Program-made: the position numbers and the translations under genes
The notes under the pieces: model-generated
Database searches by the model: none
What the model was told of the DNA's origin: nothing
Seen by the model: the letters and a program-made list of their open reading frames with translations, nothing else
Part shown: piece by piece, positions 20,539 to 28,750 of the stretch
Position numbering within the stretch: position 1 is the stretch's first letter
How the letters are laid out: each line of letters begins with the position of its first letter
NCBI RefSeq assembly: GCF_900546575.1
Contig: NZ_URDM01000005.1
From: an uncultured Prevotella sp.
GTDB taxonomy: Bacteria; Bacteroidota; Bacteroidia; Bacteroidales; Bacteroidaceae
DNA: 64,000 nt
Reading direction: 5' to 3' (one strand)

Positions 20539-20559
20539 ATCTGTTGTTGTGTTCGAATG

Positions 20560-22014
20560 CTATTGGTTCATCTGTTTCCAAGTGAGAATAGGGTGCTTGG
20601 CAGCCAATACGTCGTCAACACGTCCTACAGGAGTGTTGTGAGGCGCGGTCTTCACCTCCTCTGGATTGGTCTTGGCTTCCTCTGCAATCTGTCTGAGTAC
20701 TTCGATGAATGCGTCGATAGTCTCCTTGCTTTCGCTCTCGGTAGGCTCTATCATCATAGCCTCGTGGAATAGCAGCGGGAAATAGATGGTAGGAGCGTGG
20801 TAGCCGTAGTCGAGCAGACGCTTTGCCACGTCCATAGTGGTTACGCCGGTCGACTTGTCCTTGAGTCCGTCGAATACAAACTCGTGCTTGCATACTGTAG
20901 GAATTGGCAGGGCGTAGACGTCCTTAAGCGACTCCTTCACGTAGTTGGCATTGAGCGTTGCGAGTGGTCCTACCATGCGTATGTGTTCTTTGCCGAGCGA
21001 GAGAATATAGGCATAAGCGCGCATCATTACTGCAAAGTTGCCGAAGAATTCGCCTACGTGTATGTTGCCCTCGTCGCAGCCTACTATCTTGTATGTGTCG
21101 CCATCCTTTTCTACCTTAGGTACGGGCATGAACTGCTCCAAACCTTTGCGTACGCCTACAGGACCTGAACCTGGTCCACCGCCTCCGTGAGGTGTTGAGA
21201 ATGTCTTGTGCAGATTGATGTGCATCACGTCGAATCCCATGTCGCCCGGACGGCATACGCCTAGCATCGGGTTGAGGTTGGCTCCGTCGTAATACATCAG
21301 TCCGCCACATTCGTGTACGAGCTGCTGTATTTCAGGTATTTTGCACTCGAAGAGACCAAGCGTGTTGGGATTGGTCATCATCATGGCAGCTACGGTGTCA
21401 TCGAGCAGTCCGCGCAGGTCTTCCGTGTCGACGACTCCGTCGGCTGTCGATTTTACCTCAACAATTTCCAGTCCGCATACAGCAGCCGAAGCAGGGTTGG
21501 TGCCGTGTGCAGAGTCTGGTACAATCACCTTTGTACGCTTCATGTCGCCACGGCTCTGGTGGTAGGCGCGTATGATCATGAGTCCGGTAAGCTCGCCGTG
21601 AGCACCTGCAAAGGGATTGAGCGTGAACTCTTCAAGACCGGTTATTGCCGCCAGGCTCTTCTGCATCTCGTAGTACAGCTGCAATGCTCCTTGGCATGTC
21701 TGCTCTGGCTGCAAGGGATGCAGTTCGGCAAACTGGGGCATGGCAGCCACTTCTTCGTTGATAATAGGGTTGTACTTCATCGTGCAACTTCCCAGCGGAT
21801 AGAATCCGTTGTTTACGCCGAAGTTGTTGGCGCTCAGATTAGTGTAGTGGCGTATAACGGTAAGCTCGTCGCACTCAGGCAGTTGGGCGTCATCGTTACG
21901 TCGCATGGCTTCTGGCACTTCATGATGTCCAAACTCGTTTTGGGGGAGGGAATAACCGCGTCTCCCGGGATGCGACAATTCAAAAATCAGATTTCCATAA
22001 AGACGGTTGTTCAT
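20560..22014 (-). CDS. gcvPB: Glycine dehydrogenase subunit 2
   Basis: YPLGSCTMKYNP, SAHGTNPASA, TNPNTLG, YYDGAN, NLHKTFSTPHGGGGPG, IEPTESE. Confidence 0.96.
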   Translation of the reverse strand: MNNRLYGNLIFELSHPGRRGYSLPQNEFGHHEVPEAMRRNDDAQLPECDELTVIRHYTNLSANNFGVNNGFYPLGSCTMKYNPIINEEVAAMPQFAELHPLQPEQTCQGALQLYYEMQKSLAAITGLEEFTLNPFAGAHGELTGLMIIRAYHQSRGDMKRTKVIVPDSAHGTNPASAAVCGLEIVEVKSTADGVVDTEDLRGLLDDTVAAMMMTNPNTLGLFECKIPEIQQLVHECGGLMYYDGANLNPMLGVCRPGDMGFDVMHINLHKTFSTPHGGGGPGSGPVGVRKGLEQFMPVPKVEKDGDTYKIVGCDEGNIHVGEFFGNFAVMMRAYAYILSLGKEHIRMVGPLATLNANYVKESLKDVYALPIPTVCKHEFVFDGLKDKSTGVTTMDVAKRLLDYGYHAPTIYFPLLFHEAMMIEPTESESKETIDAFIEVLRQIAEEAKTNPEEVKTAPHNTPVGRVDDVLAAKHPILTWKQMNQ

Positions 22015-23339
22015 AGCGTTTCCTCCTTCACAATGTTTACGAGTTGGTCAATTTCTTGCTTCGTGCGTTTCTCGGTTACGGCAAACATCAGGGTGTTGTC
22101 GTCAATCTTTATGCCGCCCAATATTCCGTTTTCGATAAATCGTTTCTGCAGGCTGTCAACGTTGCCCTTATAGCTTACGCAGAACTCGTTGAAGAAGCCT
22201 TGTGGGTATTTGTCCTCAAACTTGCCTGTAGCTATCAGCTGGTCGTGCAGATAGTGTGCTCCGTCGTATGATATCTGTGCAGCCTCCTTGAGTCCTTCCT
22301 TGCCCATAACCGACATATAAATGGTGACGAAGAGAGCCATGAGCGACTCGTTAGAGCAGATGTTTGACGTAGCTTTTTGGCGGCGTATATGCTGCTCGCG
22401 AGCCTGCAGAGTGAGTACGAATACACGTTGTCCGCGATTGTCAAGAGTCTGTCCGACGATGCGTCCAGGCATCTTGCGCATCAGTTTCTCTGTGCAGCAC
22501 ATATAGCCTACTGACGGACCTCCGAACGCCATCGGGATGCCCAGCGACTGTCCGTCGCCTACAGCTATGTCGGCACCCCATTCGCCTGGAGTCTTAAGTA
22601 GGGCAAGGTCGGCAGCTATGCTGTTGATTACGAACAGGGCTTTGTTGGCGTGGCAAGAATCTGCATATCCTGCGTAGTCTTCCACAATGCCATAATAGTT
22701 AGGCTGCTGTACGATAACGCCAGCCACGCCACCCTTGCCAAGACGCTCGTCCATCTGCGCCTTGTCTGTAACACCATCGTTTTGGGCTATCATTTCTACG
22801 TTAAATCCGTGGAAATGTGCGTAAGTTTTCACAACATCTACGATTTTCGGGTCTACTGTGCCAGAAATCAGCACGGTATCGGTCTTCTTTGTCGAAGCCA
22901 TAGCCATGATTGCTGCCTCGGCTGTGGCGGTAGATCCGTCGTACATTGACGCGTTGGAAATGTCCATACCGGTCAATTCTGCCATCATACTCTGATATTC
23001 GAATATGTAATGGAGTGTTCCCTGCGAAATTTCTGCCTGATAAGGGGTGTAACTTGTGAGGAATTCAGAGCGTGATATGATGTTTGGCACTATTGCCGGA
23101 GTGTAATGGTCGTAGCATCCAGCTCCGGCAAACACCGTGAGACGCTTGTTTTTGTTGCCTAATTTCTCGAAGAATGTACGTATGCCTGCTTCGCTCAAGG
23201 GTTCGGGCAAGTCATATTCTCCCTTGAAACGTATCTGTTCGGGCACGTCAGAGTAGAGGTCGTCGAGCGACTCCATTCCGGCCTTCGCAAGCATCTGCTT
23301 TATCTCTTCCTCGGTATGGGGAAAATACTTGAAGTTCAT
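22011..23339 (-). CDS. gcvPA: Glycine dehydrogenase subunit 1
   Basis: TSYTPYQAEISQG, NASMYDG, FGGP, QAREQHIRRQKATSNICSN; ATGA overlap with gcvPB. Confidence 0.96.
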   Translation of the reverse strand: MNFKYFPHTEEEIKQMLAKAGMESLDDLYSDVPEQIRFKGEYDLPEPLSEAGIRTFFEKLGNKNKRLTVFAGAGCYDHYTPAIVPNIISRSEFLTSYTPYQAEISQGTLHYIFEYQSMMAELTGMDISNASMYDGSTATAEAAIMAMASTKKTDTVLISGTVDPKIVDVVKTYAHFHGFNVEMIAQNDGVTDKAQMDERLGKGGVAGVIVQQPNYYGIVEDYAGYADSCHANKALFVINSIAADLALLKTPGEWGADIAVGDGQSLGIPMAFGGPSVGYMCCTEKLMRKMPGRIVGQTLDNRGQRVFVLTLQAREQHIRRQKATSNICSNESLMALFVTIYMSVMGKEGLKEAAQISYDGAHYLHDQLIATGKFEDKYPQGFFNEFCVSYKGNVDSLQKRFIENGILGGIKIDDNTLMFAVTEKRTKQEIDQLVNIVKEETL

Positions 23340-23497
23340 AGTTTGATTAGGGGATATTAATAGTTAGGAATGGGGAGTATACAGTAAATCAGAAGCTGGG
23401 AACCGGGAGTGCGGAGTCCTTGCTTATGCTAAACGTTCCGCTATTCTCCTGATTCCCTACTCCTTGACTTGTTGTATCCGTAAGATTTCAGATTTCT

Positions 23498-23878
23498 TTA
23501 TGCCTTGCAGAAATCCTCATAGCTCTGTGCGTCCATGAGGTTGTCAATCTCGGCTGTGTCAGAGAGCTTAACCTTGATGATCCAGTTTTCGAACGGATTC
23601 TCGTTAAGCAGTTCGGGTTTGTCTTCGAGGGCTTCGTTCACCTCTACTACAGTACCGGTTACGGGCGAGATGAGGTCGCTTGCAGCCTTAACGCTCTCTA
23701 CTGCGCCGAAATCCTCGTCAGCCTCAACTTCGTCGTCAACTTCGGGAAGGTCGACGTAAACCACGTTGCCGAGTGCGTTCTGGGCATAATCTGTGATGCC
23801 TACATATGCGAAATCGCCTTCTATCTTTACATATTCGTGTGACTCAGAATAGTAGAGTCCTTCAATTACTTTTGCCAT
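23498..23878 (-). CDS. gcvH: Glycine cleavage system H protein
   Basis: SHEYV, GITDYAQ, VESVKAASD (lipoyl Lys). Confidence 0.97.
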   Translation of the reverse strand: MAKVIEGLYYSESHEYVKIEGDFAYVGITDYAQNALGNVVYVDLPEVDDEVEADEDFGAVESVKAASDLISPVTGTVVEVNEALEDKPELLNENPFENWIIKVKLSDTAEIDNLMDAQSYEDFCKA

Positions 23879-23925
23879 AAATGTTATTAGTTGTTAGTTG
23901 TTTATATATAAGTTATTAGTTTTAA

Positions 23926-25014
23926 TTATTTCTTGTAATGCTTGTCGTAGAAGCGCTTCTTCACCACTACGCCGAGGAAAGTCTTCTTGCGGATCTGTAC
24001 CTCAAGTTCTGTGCCGAGCTTGGCATAGCGTGCGTCAACAAGAGCCATACATACCGACTTGTCGGTAGAAATAGTATGATAGCCTGTGGTCACCTCGCCA
24101 ACCTCTTCGCCTTCGTGCAGAATCTTGTAGCCGTGGCGTGGAATGGCTCGGTCGCTTAGCTCGATGCCAATCACTCGCTTGCTTACACCGTTGGTCTTCT
24201 GTTCTACGAGTGCTTCCTTACCGATGAATTCGGGCTTGTCGAGCTTGCAGAACATACTCAATCCTGCCATTACGGGTGAAATCTCGTTGGAAAGTTCGTC
24301 GCCATAGAGTGGAAGTCCTACCTCAAAGCGCAATGTGTCGCGGCATCCGAGTCCGCAAGGCTTGCAACGGCCTGAGGCCAGCAGCTTGTCCCATTGCTCG
24401 TTGATGTAGGAGTGTGAAGCGTATATTTCGAATCCGTCCTCGCCTGTGTAGCCTGTGCGACTGATGATAACTGTCTCACCAGCTACGTCGATGGTCTTGG
24501 TTGTGTAGAATATTAGCTCCTTGCAAGCCAGTCCCAATACTTCCTCTACCACCTGCTCTGCCTCAGGACCTTGCACGGCAAGCTGTCCGTATTGTTCCGA
24601 GCAGTTCTTGAACTCCACGTCGTATCCCTCCAGATGACTTTCCATCCATTCTACGTCCTTGTCGATGTTGGCAGCGTTGATTACGAGGAAGAAGTCGTTC
24701 TCAGCCATCTTGTACACGAGCAGATCGTCAACGGTTCCGCCATTCTCATAGCACATCATTCCGTAGAAAATCTTGCCTGGTTCGGCTCCGCGCACATCGT
24801 TGGTGAAGATGTGGTTGACGTATCGTTCGGCGTCAGGACCCTTTACGGTCACTTCGCCCATGTGTGAAACATCAAACACTCCGCAATGCTGGCGTACGGC
24901 GTTGTGCTCGTCGGCGATGTTTGAATACTGGATTGGCATGATAAAACCGCCAAAGGGTTGCATCAAGGCTCCGAGAGCTACATGTTTGTCATAAAGGCAC
25001 GTTTTCTTTTCCAT
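23926..25014 (-). CDS. gcvT: Aminomethyltransferase (glycine cleavage T protein)
   Basis: FDVSHMGE, LAVQGP, SRTGYTGEDGFE, GLGCRDTLRFE. Confidence 0.97.
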   Translation of the reverse strand: MEKKTCLYDKHVALGALMQPFGGFIMPIQYSNIADEHNAVRQHCGVFDVSHMGEVTVKGPDAERYVNHIFTNDVRGAEPGKIFYGMMCYENGGTVDDLLVYKMAENDFFLVINAANIDKDVEWMESHLEGYDVEFKNCSEQYGQLAVQGPEAEQVVEEVLGLACKELIFYTTKTIDVAGETVIISRTGYTGEDGFEIYASHSYINEQWDKLLASGRCKPCGLGCRDTLRFEVGLPLYGDELSNEISPVMAGLSMFCKLDKPEFIGKEALVEQKTNGVSKRVIGIELSDRAIPRHGYKILHEGEEVGEVTTGYHTISTDKSVCMALVDARYAKLGTELEVQIRKKTFLGVVVKKRFYDKHYKK

Positions 25015-25055
25015 AAAAGATTAGTATTTGTAAGGTTTAATGATATTTCTTTATT

Positions 25056-26042
25056 TTAGTTGTTGGGGTATTTCGTCAGAAGATTGACAAAGTCGTCCTT
25101 CTTCAGGTTGAGAATCACGTTGTCGAGCTGGTCAGGCAGGGCTGCGTTTATTGCATCCATAGTGTAGGCTGTGCCTTGCAGCTTGGCTATAATCTGCTGT
25201 CCGATGTCGCCCACGAGGAAGAAATCGCCCTTGATGTCGATGTCTTTTATCACATTGTTCTTCATCTCCATGCTTATCACGAAGTCGCCTACGCCCTCAA
25301 TGCGTCCGCTACGGGTTATGTTGTAGCTTGGATTGTTGCCGTAGATGAATTCGGGTGTGAGGTATTCTTCTTCGATGTGTGCTATTTCGGCTATTGCTTC
25401 GTCGTCGAGAATGATTTCGCTGTCGCAAAGGTTGCGTCGTGTGAAGTCCTTGAACTCTTCTATATCCAGACTGATGTGATCCTTCAGGAGTGTGATGTGC
25501 TGGCGCACGCTTTGTATTCCTTTCGACACGAGTTTCTCGCACGATGGCGTTATTGCGCCTACCATATTCTCTATGTTTGTGTCGTATAGCATGGTGCCGT
25601 GTACTATGCTGCGTCCGGGTATGTGATAGAAGGCGTTGCCCGACACCTTGCGTCCTTCTATCATTATGTCGTTGCGTCCGCTTGTTTCGGCAGGTATTCC
25701 GAGCTTGCGCAGCATTTCCGACACCATATCTATATATTTGCTGAATGTCAGACTCACATTCTCGTCGGGTGTTATGTACGAGAACATGATGTTGGTCATG
25801 TCGGCATAGACGCAGCCTCCTCCGCTTTTGCGACGATAGGTTTGTATGTTGTGTTGTCGGCAATATTCTATGTTCACCTCGTTCTGTATGAGCTGGTTGC
25901 GTCCGAAGATAACAGTCGGGTCAACCTGCCACATGAAGAAATACTCGCCCTTGTCGAGGTGGCGGGCAATGTATTCTTCCATGGCGAGATAGAATGTGAG
26001 CCTTCTTTTAGGTCTGGTATTATTTAAAGCTACGTATATCAT
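25056..26042 (-). CDS. lplA: Lipoate-protein ligase A
   Basis: LAMEEY, GRNQ, RRKSGGGCVY, GRND, KVSGNA, HGTML, GDFF C-terminal domain. Confidence 0.93.
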   Translation of the reverse strand: MIYVALNNTRPKRRLTFYLAMEEYIARHLDKGEYFFMWQVDPTVIFGRNQLIQNEVNIEYCRQHNIQTYRRKSGGGCVYADMTNIMFSYITPDENVSLTFSKYIDMVSEMLRKLGIPAETSGRNDIMIEGRKVSGNAFYHIPGRSIVHGTMLYDTNIENMVGAITPSCEKLVSKGIQSVRQHITLLKDHISLDIEEFKDFTRRNLCDSEIILDDEAIAEIAHIEEEYLTPEFIYGNNPSYNITRSGRIEGVGDFVISMEMKNNVIKDIDIKGDFFLVGDIGQQIIAKLQGTAYTMDAINAALPDQLDNVILNLKKDDFVNLLTKYPNN

Positions 26043-26082
26043 ATTATAATGTGTAATTTCGTCAGGTTATTGGTAACAGTTG

Positions 26083-26090
26083 CAAACTTA
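26083..26090 (-). promoter_or_regulatory. -7 promoter element for the lplA-gcv operon
   Basis: TAAGTTTG(CA) on the minus strand, about 40 nt upstream of the lplA ATG. Confidence 0.7.
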
Positions 26091-26161
26091 CACAAAAATA
26101 TTTATATGCGTTAATCTTTAAGCACTTTTATTTTTTAATAATTCTGAAAAAAGGGAGATTG

Positions 26162-27937
26162 TCAGTCAATTTCAGACAGTTCGAGCCATCTCATCTCCTT
26201 TTCTTCGAGGCTTTCCTTGATAATGGGCAGTCGTTTGCTTTTCTCGGTGAGCTGTTCTATAGAAAGCGTTCCGCTGCAAAGTTCCTCCTCAATCTGCTTC
26301 TGCTCCTTCTCAAGTTCTGCTATTTCCTTTTCGAGACGTTCGAATTCACACTTTTCCTTGTACGTCTTCTTGCGTCGTTGTTCGCCTACAAACTCTCTCT
26401 TCTCCTTCTTTTCAGAGGTGGCATTGGACTTGTCGGCTGTTTCGGCCTTGGGCTTGAGCGACTCCCATTCGCGGAACTGGGTGTAGTTGCCGGGGAAGTC
26501 CTTTATCTCACCGTTGCCACGGAACACGAGCAGATGGTCGACAATCTTGTCCATGAAGAATCGGTCGTGCGATACTATTATGACGCATCCTGGGAAGTCC
26601 TGCAGATATTCCTCCAGCACCTCAAGCGTCTGTATGTCGAGGTCGTTGGTAGGCTCGTCGAGTACGAGGAAGTTGGGATTGCGCATAAGTACCGTACAGA
26701 GGTAAAGCTTGCGTCGTTCGCCTCCCGAGAGTTTGTACACATAGTCGTATTGCTGTTCGGGGGTAAAGAGGAAATGCTGCAGCAGTTGTCCTGCCGTAAT
26801 GTGCTTGCCTCCGCCGTAGTCGATGTATTCGGCTATGTCGGATATCACATCGATTACGCGTTGCTGGTCGTTGAATTTCATTCCGTCCTGCGAGAAGTAG
26901 CCGAACCGTACCGTGTCGCCTACGTCAAACTGTCCGCTGTCGGGGCCAACTTCGCCAAGCAACATCTTGATGAACGTAGATTTTCCCGTGCCGTTGTTGC
27001 CTACGATTCCCATCTTCTCGAAGCGTTGGAAGTTGTAGTAGAAGTCTTTGAGGATGACTTTTTCATCGAAAGCCTTCGACACATACTGGCACTCGAATAT
27101 CTTCGAGCCGATGTACACGTTCTTCGACTTGAGTCGCATCTGTCGTTCTTCCATGCGTTGCTTTGCCTTGGCTTCAAGGTCGTAGAACGCCTCCTCACGG
27201 TAGCGTGCTTTATGTCCACGTGCCTGGGGCTGTCGGCGCATCCATTCCAGTTCGCGGCGATATAGATTGTTGGCACGCTCTATTTCGGCACGTGTGGCAT
27301 CGATGCGCTCCTGACGCTTCTCCATATAGTAGCGGAAGTTGCCGCGATAGGAATATATGGTATGGTTGTCGAGTTCGAGAATGAGGTTGCACACGCGGTC
27401 GAGGAAGTAGCGGTCGTGTGTCACCATCAGGAGCGTCTTGTTGCCCCTTGAAAGGTAGCCTTCGAGCCATTCTATCATCTCAAGGTCGAGGTGGTTGGTA
27501 GGCTCGTCGAGTATAAGCAGGTCGGGCTCGGTAATAAGGACATTTGCAAGGGCTATGCGTTTCTGCTGACCGCCGCTCAATTGTCCCATAGGCTGATTGA
27601 GGTCGGTAATGCGCAGCTGCGTAAGTATCTGCTTTGCCTTGAGAATCTTGTCGGGGTCGCCGTTGTGGTTGAAGCAGGCATCGAGCACAGATTCTTCCGG
27701 GTCGAACTTGGGCTGCTGCTCAAGAAACCCCACGCGCACATCCTTGCGGTATATGATGCTGCCTGAATCGACTGGCTCCTTGCCAGACAAGAGCGAGAGT
27801 AGGGTGGTCTTGCCCGTACCGTTCTTGGCTATGAGTCCTACGTGCTGGCCTTCGCTTATCGAGAACGAGATGTTCTCGAAGAGTACGTGTGCCCCGAAGG
27901 CTTTTGACACGTTTTGAACGTCAAGTATTGGTGTCAT
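26162..27937 (-). CDS. ABC-F family ATPase (Uup-like)
   Basis: Two ABC domains (AKNGTGKT/LSGG/LDEPTNHLD and GNNGTGKS/LSGGE/LDEPTNDLD); linker EWMRRQPQAR; C-terminal coiled coil ending RWLELSE; no TM. Confidence 0.93.
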   Translation of the reverse strand: MTPILDVQNVSKAFGAHVLFENISFSISEGQHVGLIAKNGTGKTTLLSLLSGKEPVDSGSIIYRKDVRVGFLEQQPKFDPEESVLDACFNHNGDPDKILKAKQILTQLRITDLNQPMGQLSGGQQKRIALANVLITEPDLLILDEPTNHLDLEMIEWLEGYLSRGNKTLLMVTHDRYFLDRVCNLILELDNHTIYSYRGNFRYYMEKRQERIDATRAEIERANNLYRRELEWMRRQPQARGHKARYREEAFYDLEAKAKQRMEERQMRLKSKNVYIGSKIFECQYVSKAFDEKVILKDFYYNFQRFEKMGIVGNNGTGKSTFIKMLLGEVGPDSGQFDVGDTVRFGYFSQDGMKFNDQQRVIDVISDIAEYIDYGGGKHITAGQLLQHFLFTPEQQYDYVYKLSGGERRKLYLCTVLMRNPNFLVLDEPTNDLDIQTLEVLEEYLQDFPGCVIIVSHDRFFMDKIVDHLLVFRGNGEIKDFPGNYTQFREWESLKPKAETADKSNATSEKKEKREFVGEQRRKKTYKEKCEFERLEKEIAELEKEQKQIEEELCSGTLSIEQLTEKSKRLPIIKESLEEKEMRWLELSEID

Positions 27938-27943
27938 ATTCTG

Positions 27944-28552
27944 TTATTCTCCCTCCTTAAGTGATTTCAGAATGTCTTCGATGTAGGTCAGCACCTCATC
28001 GCGTCCGGTCTTCTTCTCCGAACTTGTAATAAAATAAGGTGGCAGTTCTTCCCATTGCTCCTTGAGCGAGTTCATCCATTTGGCTGCGTTCTGCTTGGCC
28101 TTGACCGGTCCGAGCTTGTCGGCCTTGGTGAAGATGATGGCAAAGGGTACAGAGCTTTCGCCAAGCCAGTTGATGAAGTCGGTATCAATCTTCATCGGGT
28201 CGTGGCGTATGTCGATAAGCACAAACGTGTTGATGAGCTGTTCGCGTTGGAGTATGTACGATGTTATCATCTGGTCGAGCTTCTTCTGTACGGTCTTCGA
28301 GCGCTTGGCAAATCCGTAGCCCGGAAGGTCGACAAGATACCATTCGTTGTTGATTATGAAGTGATTGATGAGCAGCGTCTTGCCTGGAGTAGCCGATGTC
28401 TTTGCAAGTCCCTTGTGATTGCAGAGCATATTGATAAGGCTCGACTTGCCAACATTGGAACGGCCGATGAAGGCGAATTCGGGCTTTGTGTCCTTAGGAC
28501 ATTGGCTTACTGTAGCTGCCGATATCGTAAATTCCGATTTCTTTATATCCAT
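27944..28552 (-). CDS. engB: Ribosome biogenesis GTPase YihA/YsxC
   Basis: [25 protein letters not shown]; start at MDIKK. Confidence 0.96.
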   Translation of the reverse strand: MDIKKSEFTISAATVSQCPKDTKPEFAFIGRSNVGKSSLINMLCNHKGLAKTSATPGKTLLINHFIINNEWYLVDLPGYGFAKRSKTVQKKLDQMITSYILQREQLINTFVLIDIRHDPMKIDTDFINWLGESSVPFAIIFTKADKLGPVKAKQNAAKWMNSLKEQWEELPPYFITSSEKKTGRDEVLTYIEDILKSLKEGE

Positions 28553-28584
28553 AATATATAATGTCTTTATTGTGTTCGATTGTG

Positions 28585-28686
28585 CAAAATTAATAAAAAA
28601 AGACCAATTTCCGTGGCGTATATATTGGAAACCGTGTTTTTTATGTAACAACATAATGTCATTTCCGATTTTTATACTTAAATTTG
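28585..28686. promoter_or_regulatory. Divergent -7 promoters for engB (-) and the sensor-kinase-like gene (+)
   Basis: TAATTTTG on minus at 28585-28592; TAAATTTG on plus at 28679-28686. Confidence 0.6.
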
Positions 28687-28750
28687 CATTAATAGGCCAA
28701 GGTCATGAACGCTTGTTCTTATTACAACTTAAGCTTCCCTATAACAACTT

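Noticed and set aside
23340..23497. Glycine riboswitch
   Set aside because: No GGAGA/CCGAAG/CUCUCAGG aptamer core; the operon 5'UTR is also too short for one
26159..27265. 368-aa plus-strand ORF and other long antisense ORFs (e.g. 21313-22173, 34113-34943, 48423-49232, 59468-60373)
   Set aside because: Shadow frames of well-supported genes with strong codon bias; no recognisable domains
28553..28654. Longer engB start (similarly panB 14227, permease 46162, DMT 47468, feoB 60586)
   Set aside because: The extensions are non-homologous and run through or up to promoter/repeat DNA; downstream ATGs fit the family N-termini
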